A stretch of 64,000 nucleotides of DNA. Source: an uncultured beta proteobacterium. Lineage in GTDB: Bacteria > Pseudomonadota > Gammaproteobacteria > Burkholderiales > SHXO01. How positions within the stretch are numbered: position 1 is the stretch's first letter; every line of letters starts with the position of its first letter. The stretch covers positions 2,745 through 66,744 of the forward strand of contig CAVVDJ010000015.1 in NCBI GenBank assembly GCA_963747025.1, given 5' to 3'. The notes beneath the pieces are model-generated. The model saw only the letters and a list, made by a program, of their open reading frames with translations, was not told where the DNA came from and searched no databases. The position numbers were made by a program, and so were the translations under genes. Positions 60,073 through 64,000 of this stretch are shown in pieces.

Positions 60073-61077
60073 ATGATCCGCCATGCAGCCACCTCAGCGC
60101 TGGTATGCGTTGCCTTGCTTGCAGGCTGCGCTGCGAAGAGCGGGCCCAAAGTCGAGCCGCCGACCTCCGACGCGCCGCGGTCCGAGGCCAGCCCCCCTGC
60201 GCCGGCTACTGTCCCCGAGATCAAGATCCCGGCACCGCGCATTGCGTTGGTGCTGGGCGGTGGCGCCGCCAAGTGCTTCGCGCATATCGGTGTGATCAAA
60301 GCCCTCGAAGCGCAGGGCATTCAGCCCGAGATCATCGTCGGCACCAGCGCGGGCAGTTTAGTCGGTGTGCTGTATGCTGCGGGCAACGACGGCTTCGCGC
60401 TGCAGCGCATCGCCCTGGATCTCAACGAGTCCATGTTCAGCGACTATTCGTTGCCCGACCGCGGCTTTCTCAAAGGCGAGGCCTTGCAGCAGTTCGTCAA
60501 CAAAGCCGTGCAAAACCGCCCGCTGGAGAAGCTGAACCGCACAGTGGCGGTGGTGGCCACCGACCTCCAAAGCGGCGAAGCGATAGCGTTCCAACGCGGG
60601 GACACCGGCATGGCAGTACGCGCGTCCAGTGCAGTACCCGGCGTGTTCCAACCGGTACGCATCAATGGCCGCGACTATGTGGACGGGGGGCTGGTAAGCC
60701 CTGTCCCGGTCAAGCTCGCGCGCCGTCTTGGCGCGGACATCGTGATAGCGTCCGACATTTCCGCTAAGCCCTCGCTCAAGCCCATCGAGGGGACGCTCGA
60801 CATTCTCTTGCAGACCTTCACGATCATGGGCAACACGATCGCCGGCGAGGAGCTGAGCGGAGCGGACGTAATTATCAAGCCCGACATTAGCAAGCTCAAT
60901 TCGACCGATTTCCAGAGCCGCCATCTCGCTATTCTGGAGGGCGAGCAGGCCGGCCAGGCGGCCATCGCGCAGTTCCGTCAGAAACTGGCGGAACGCGAAG
61001 CGCGGCTGCGCGCTGCCCTCGCCGCGCAGCCGTCTCCTACGTCGTCTGGGCAAGCCACGACCACGGCGCCGCGCTGA
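60073..61077 (+). CDS. Patatin-like phospholipase lipoprotein (RssA-like)
   Basis: Lipobox LLAGC, then LVLGGGAAKCFAHIGV, GTSAGSLVG (GxSxG) and DGGLVSPVP (the Asp of the catalytic dyad). Confidence 0.9.
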   Translation: MIRHAATSALVCVALLAGCAAKSGPKVEPPTSDAPRSEASPPAPATVPEIKIPAPRIALVLGGGAAKCFAHIGVIKALEAQGIQPEIIVGTSAGSLVGVLYAAGNDGFALQRIALDLNESMFSDYSLPDRGFLKGEALQQFVNKAVQNRPLEKLNRTVAVVATDLQSGEAIAFQRGDTGMAVRASSAVPGVFQPVRINGRDYVDGGLVSPVPVKLARRLGADIVIASDISAKPSLKPIEGTLDILLQTFTIMGNTIAGEELSGADVIIKPDISKLNSTDFQSRHLAILEGEQAGQAAIAQFRQKLAEREARLRAALAAQPSPTSSGQATTTAPR

Positions 61078-61124
61078 ATTGCTGCGGAGGTACACGCTGC
61101 CGGCCGCTGTGTTACGTCTGGCGG

Positions 61125-63011
61125 CTAATCCGTCGTGACGCCGTCATTGTCGGGTGGAGGTTTCCCTGATCCATGCTCCGGACCTGGCCTGCGCCGCTCA
61201 ATGAACAGGCTGCTGCCGGTGGTGCGCTTCGCCTGACGCTTCGCGTCCGCTGCAGCGGCCGAGACTTCGTAGTGCGAGCGGTAGTCCCCCGGCTCCACCA
61301 CCACGGCGCCGATGGACAGCGCGCCGAGTGCGTGAATCACCGAATTCCCACTCCGATCCTCGGCCAGCAGCCCGCCGCGCGCCAGGTCCTCCCTGCTGTA
61401 CAGCCATGAGCTCTCCTGGTCGAACCGCTGCAGAGCTTCGCGCATGCGCGCTGCCCAGTCGGCGCTTTGCAGCAGGACGATGAAATCGTCGCCGCCTATG
61501 TGTCCGATGAAATCGCGCCGCGAATCACAGACCGCCGACAAGATGCGACTGGTGAGCTGAATCATGTCGTCGCCGCGCCGATAGCCGTAGGCGTCGTTAA
61601 ACGGCTTGAAATGATCCAGGTCGCAATAGCAGGCCACAAAGGCGCCACCCGCACGCAGCAGGCGCTCGATGTGCTCGTTAACTGGAACGTTGCCAGGCAG
61701 AAGCGTCAGAGGGTTGGCGTAGCGCGCCGCCGTGATTTGCAGGTTGGTGATTTCCCGCACCAGGTCGCGGCCGGTGCCCAGGCCGGCGTAGCGCCCATGC
61801 TCGGTGAGGACGAAGCCCTCCGCGAGATAGCGGCTTTCGGCATCCACCAGCCGTGCCGAAAGCTCCTGGATGGCAATGCCTTTCTCCACCACCAGCGGCT
61901 CTGCATCCATGAACGGATGGCAGGGTTTGCGCCCGAACAGCTCCCGGCGGAAAGGGCGAGCATATGCATCGATGAACGCGTGGCGATTGAGCAGTCCTAG
62001 TACGACCCCGTTTTCCACGACCGGGATCGCGTGCAGCGACGGGTTGCGCGCGAAACGGGCATATACGTCTGCGTTAGGCGTTGCCGGGGCGACGGGGTCG
62101 ACGTGGATCAAAAGCTTCTCGGCCGTCACCGTGTTGCTGTGGGCCAGTTGCTCGGGATAGACCGCGATTTCTCGCTGTCGCAGGATCTGCAGAACATTTT
62201 CCGGGGGGTGAAGCGCGGGCGAAGCCAGCGGCGGGCCAATCAAATTCCCCTGACCGAAGGGGATCCCCAGATCGCGGATCACGGCGAGCTCAGACTCGGT
62301 TTGCACGCCCTCGGCGATGATGTGCGAGCGGCAGGTGGCGGCGATCTGCTGAATTGACTTGAGGAATTGCAACTTCAGTGGGTCGCTGTCGATGCCCTGC
62401 ACGAAATGCATGTCCGCCTTGACGTACTCCGGACGCAGTTCGGACCACGTGCGGAAACTCGCGAAGCCCTCGCCCAGGTCGTCGATCGCAACGCTGCATC
62501 CCATATTGCGGTAGCTGGTGAGCGCCGCGCGCACCGACGTGAAGTCGAAAATGGGCAAGTTCTCCGTGAGCTCGATCACGATGCGCTCGGGCGACAAGCC
62601 GAGGCGCGTCAGCAATTCACCTGTAGCTGCGGTGCCCAGCCCCGGGAGCGCCAGACACTGCGGCCGTGCGTTGAGGAACAGCTTGTGTGGCAGGCCGAGT
62701 CCGGCGAACGTCTCCAGCACGGTTTGCCGGCATAGCCGCTCCAGCCGCAGAGCATGGCCGTATTTCGTGGCGCAGCGGAACAGCTCGATCGGAGCCCGCA
62801 GCGGAGTGTTGGCGGGTCCGCGGATCAGGCCCTCGAATCCGATCACCTCACCACTGCCCAGGTCCAGGACAGGTTGGAAGTGCGCCTCGAGCAGTTGATT
62901 GTCGAGGATCTCCTCCAGAAGGGCGAGTTGTTCTGGCTTGCTCCCTTTACCCGCCCCCTCGGGCTGTATCGGATCCAGTAGGTCGGTGCCCGGAGGCACG
63001 TTGCTTTTCAT
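61125..63011 (-). CDS. EAL - CBS pair - GGDEF-like signalling protein (GGDEF motif reads GGDDF)
   Basis: EAL domain (HFQPVLDL, ELTE, AIDDLGEG, KADMHF, AEGVQT), two CBS-like segments and a nucleotidyl-cyclase-like C-terminus (YCDLDHFKPFNDAYGY, HIGGDDFIVLL). ATG 63011 is preferred over TTG 63017. Confidence 0.9.
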   Translation of the reverse strand: MKSNVPPGTDLLDPIQPEGAGKGSKPEQLALLEEILDNQLLEAHFQPVLDLGSGEVIGFEGLIRGPANTPLRAPIELFRCATKYGHALRLERLCRQTVLETFAGLGLPHKLFLNARPQCLALPGLGTAATGELLTRLGLSPERIVIELTENLPIFDFTSVRAALTSYRNMGCSVAIDDLGEGFASFRTWSELRPEYVKADMHFVQGIDSDPLKLQFLKSIQQIAATCRSHIIAEGVQTESELAVIRDLGIPFGQGNLIGPPLASPALHPPENVLQILRQREIAVYPEQLAHSNTVTAEKLLIHVDPVAPATPNADVYARFARNPSLHAIPVVENGVVLGLLNRHAFIDAYARPFRRELFGRKPCHPFMDAEPLVVEKGIAIQELSARLVDAESRYLAEGFVLTEHGRYAGLGTGRDLVREITNLQITAARYANPLTLLPGNVPVNEHIERLLRAGGAFVACYCDLDHFKPFNDAYGYRRGDDMIQLTSRILSAVCDSRRDFIGHIGGDDFIVLLQSADWAARMREALQRFDQESSWLYSREDLARGGLLAEDRSGNSVIHALGALSIGAVVVEPGDYRSHYEVSAAAADAKRQAKRTTGSSLFIERRRPGPEHGSGKPPPDNDGVTTD

Positions 63012-63235
63012 AGGCAACGACGCGCCCTGGGGCGCCCGTGTCGGCGCACCGCTTCAAGGCAGCAAATAGATTAGCGACTGTGAAAGGGCGCGCTCGCGCC
63101 GAACCGACAGCGGCCGACTACAGCGATTGGGCTGCGGTCCGCCGGAGTGGACACGCTTCTGGAGCCGACAACGCTTGCTGCGCTAACGACGCCCCAATTC
63201 TTAGTAAGAAACGACGGATGCCGTGCGCGCGTCCG

Positions 63236-63844
63236 TCAGAAGCGGACGTTGGCGCCCACCAGGACCGAATCAGACGCCGCAGGCCCTTGCGCAGCGCTGG
63301 GGGGCCGCCCGAGATGCTCTGTCTGCGCACGCACTTCGATGTTGTCGCGGACTTGCACGGACACTCCGAGCCCGTAAACCCGCCCGCTGCTCGTGACATC
63401 CGACAGCGGCGCACCGCCTCCAGCGAACGCCGAGGTTTGATAGGTCACCCCTAACTTGCTCAGTAAGGTCACAGAGTCGCTCAACGGCACCGAGCCGACT
63501 CCAGCCACTACGATGGTGTCGTTGCTCGCCCCGAGGCTGGAAGCGCCGCTACGGATCTGGGCACCCTCCAAAGCAAACCCGGGTCCCACCCGGTAACCGG
63601 CGAAAATGCGCTGACCCTCCAGGCGGGTCGCATCTCCGCCCAGCGCCACACTGCCCGGCTCGAGCGCGAGCTGCGCCTGATCCTTGGGGGCGGTGGCCGG
63701 CAGGCCGGAGGGCAGGGAGCGCCCAGCGTAGACGCCAGCATCATCTGCGCGGCCTGCGGTGGGGTGGATCAAGATCAGAGCGCTGAGTGCGGCCAATGCG
63801 AGCGCTAGATGCCAAATTTCGGGCCGGTCGGATGCAATATTCAT
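63236..63844 (-). CDS. Outer-membrane beta-barrel (OmpW/porin-like) protein
   Basis: Signal peptide (ALALAALSALILIHPTAGRA), alternating beta-strand pattern and a C-terminal VGANVRF ending in Phe. Confidence 0.7.
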   Translation of the reverse strand: MNIASDRPEIWHLALALAALSALILIHPTAGRADDAGVYAGRSLPSGLPATAPKDQAQLALEPGSVALGGDATRLEGQRIFAGYRVGPGFALEGAQIRSGASSLGASNDTIVVAGVGSVPLSDSVTLLSKLGVTYQTSAFAGGGAPLSDVTSSGRVYGLGVSVQVRDNIEVRAQTEHLGRPPSAAQGPAASDSVLVGANVRF

Positions 63845-64000
63845 GTCCGTTCTCAATTTCTAACACGTCGTTGAAAGCAAGACTAGCGGCCGGGGCTTAC
63901 GCCAGGATTCCATGGGCAGCCGTCCGTGTTACGACTGTAACGGCCTATCCCACCACGCATATAGGCACCGCGTGCTCATCTCGCTTCGAGTCAGCCGCGA

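Overview
This is a GC-rich bacterial chromosomal window. Gene order and protein similarities look betaproteobacterial, but that is inference only. The content is dense and mostly housekeeping.

Genes, left to right:
- panB (3' end), thiL, pgpA, pncC
- LexA box, recA, recX, alaS
- an EAL-HDOD protein and a phosphomannomutase
- ilvE, zf-CHCC, waaF and a YheT-like hydrolase
- a DsbA-like protein and a class III nucleotidyl cyclase
- glnE, yhdP, a Nit-family hydrolase, tldD
- a type I-beta DAHP synthase and a cNMP-binding protein
- an ECF sigma/anti-sigma pair, a PduO-type adenosyltransferase, two cytochromes c
- nth and an rnfB-like gene, then a roughly 1150-aa GltD/PyrK-like oxidoreductase, pyrD and a crotonase
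- bpt and aat, sodC, dapA and bamC, an MBL hydrolase
- roxA with a coupled unknown gene, bcp and slyD
- a complete pqqABCDE operon followed directly by an ABC-2 exporter pair
- tonB, pip, a histidine kinase and a response regulator
- a second, orphan pqqA, then cytochrome b561
- a cytochrome c-FTR1 permease, bfd and bfr, a patatin lipoprotein, an EAL-CBS-GGDEF protein and an outer-membrane beta-barrel protein

I saw no rRNA, tRNA, CRISPR array, transposase, integrase or phage gene.

Main peculiarities:
1. At least 17 conserved genes are broken by frameshifts while their domains stay intact. The breaks cluster at about 15-35 kb and 51-59 kb. This looks like assembly indels rather than real gene decay.
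2. A dispersed palindromic box family (CTAGGGAAGCTCTGATC...) sits at gene ends. It includes a 164-bp MITE-like hairpin after alaS.
3. Two intergenic loci are built from tandem heptamers (GGCTCGT, 10 copies at one locus) facing complementary heptamers (ACGAGYC).
4. Two outward-facing pqqA copies bracket the tonB-pip-two-component block. Both have the same AT-rich palindromic, Fur-box-like operator upstream.
5. The ABC-2 exporter immediately downstream of pqqE is a candidate for the still unknown PQQ export step. This is the most system-like lead, and it is inference only.
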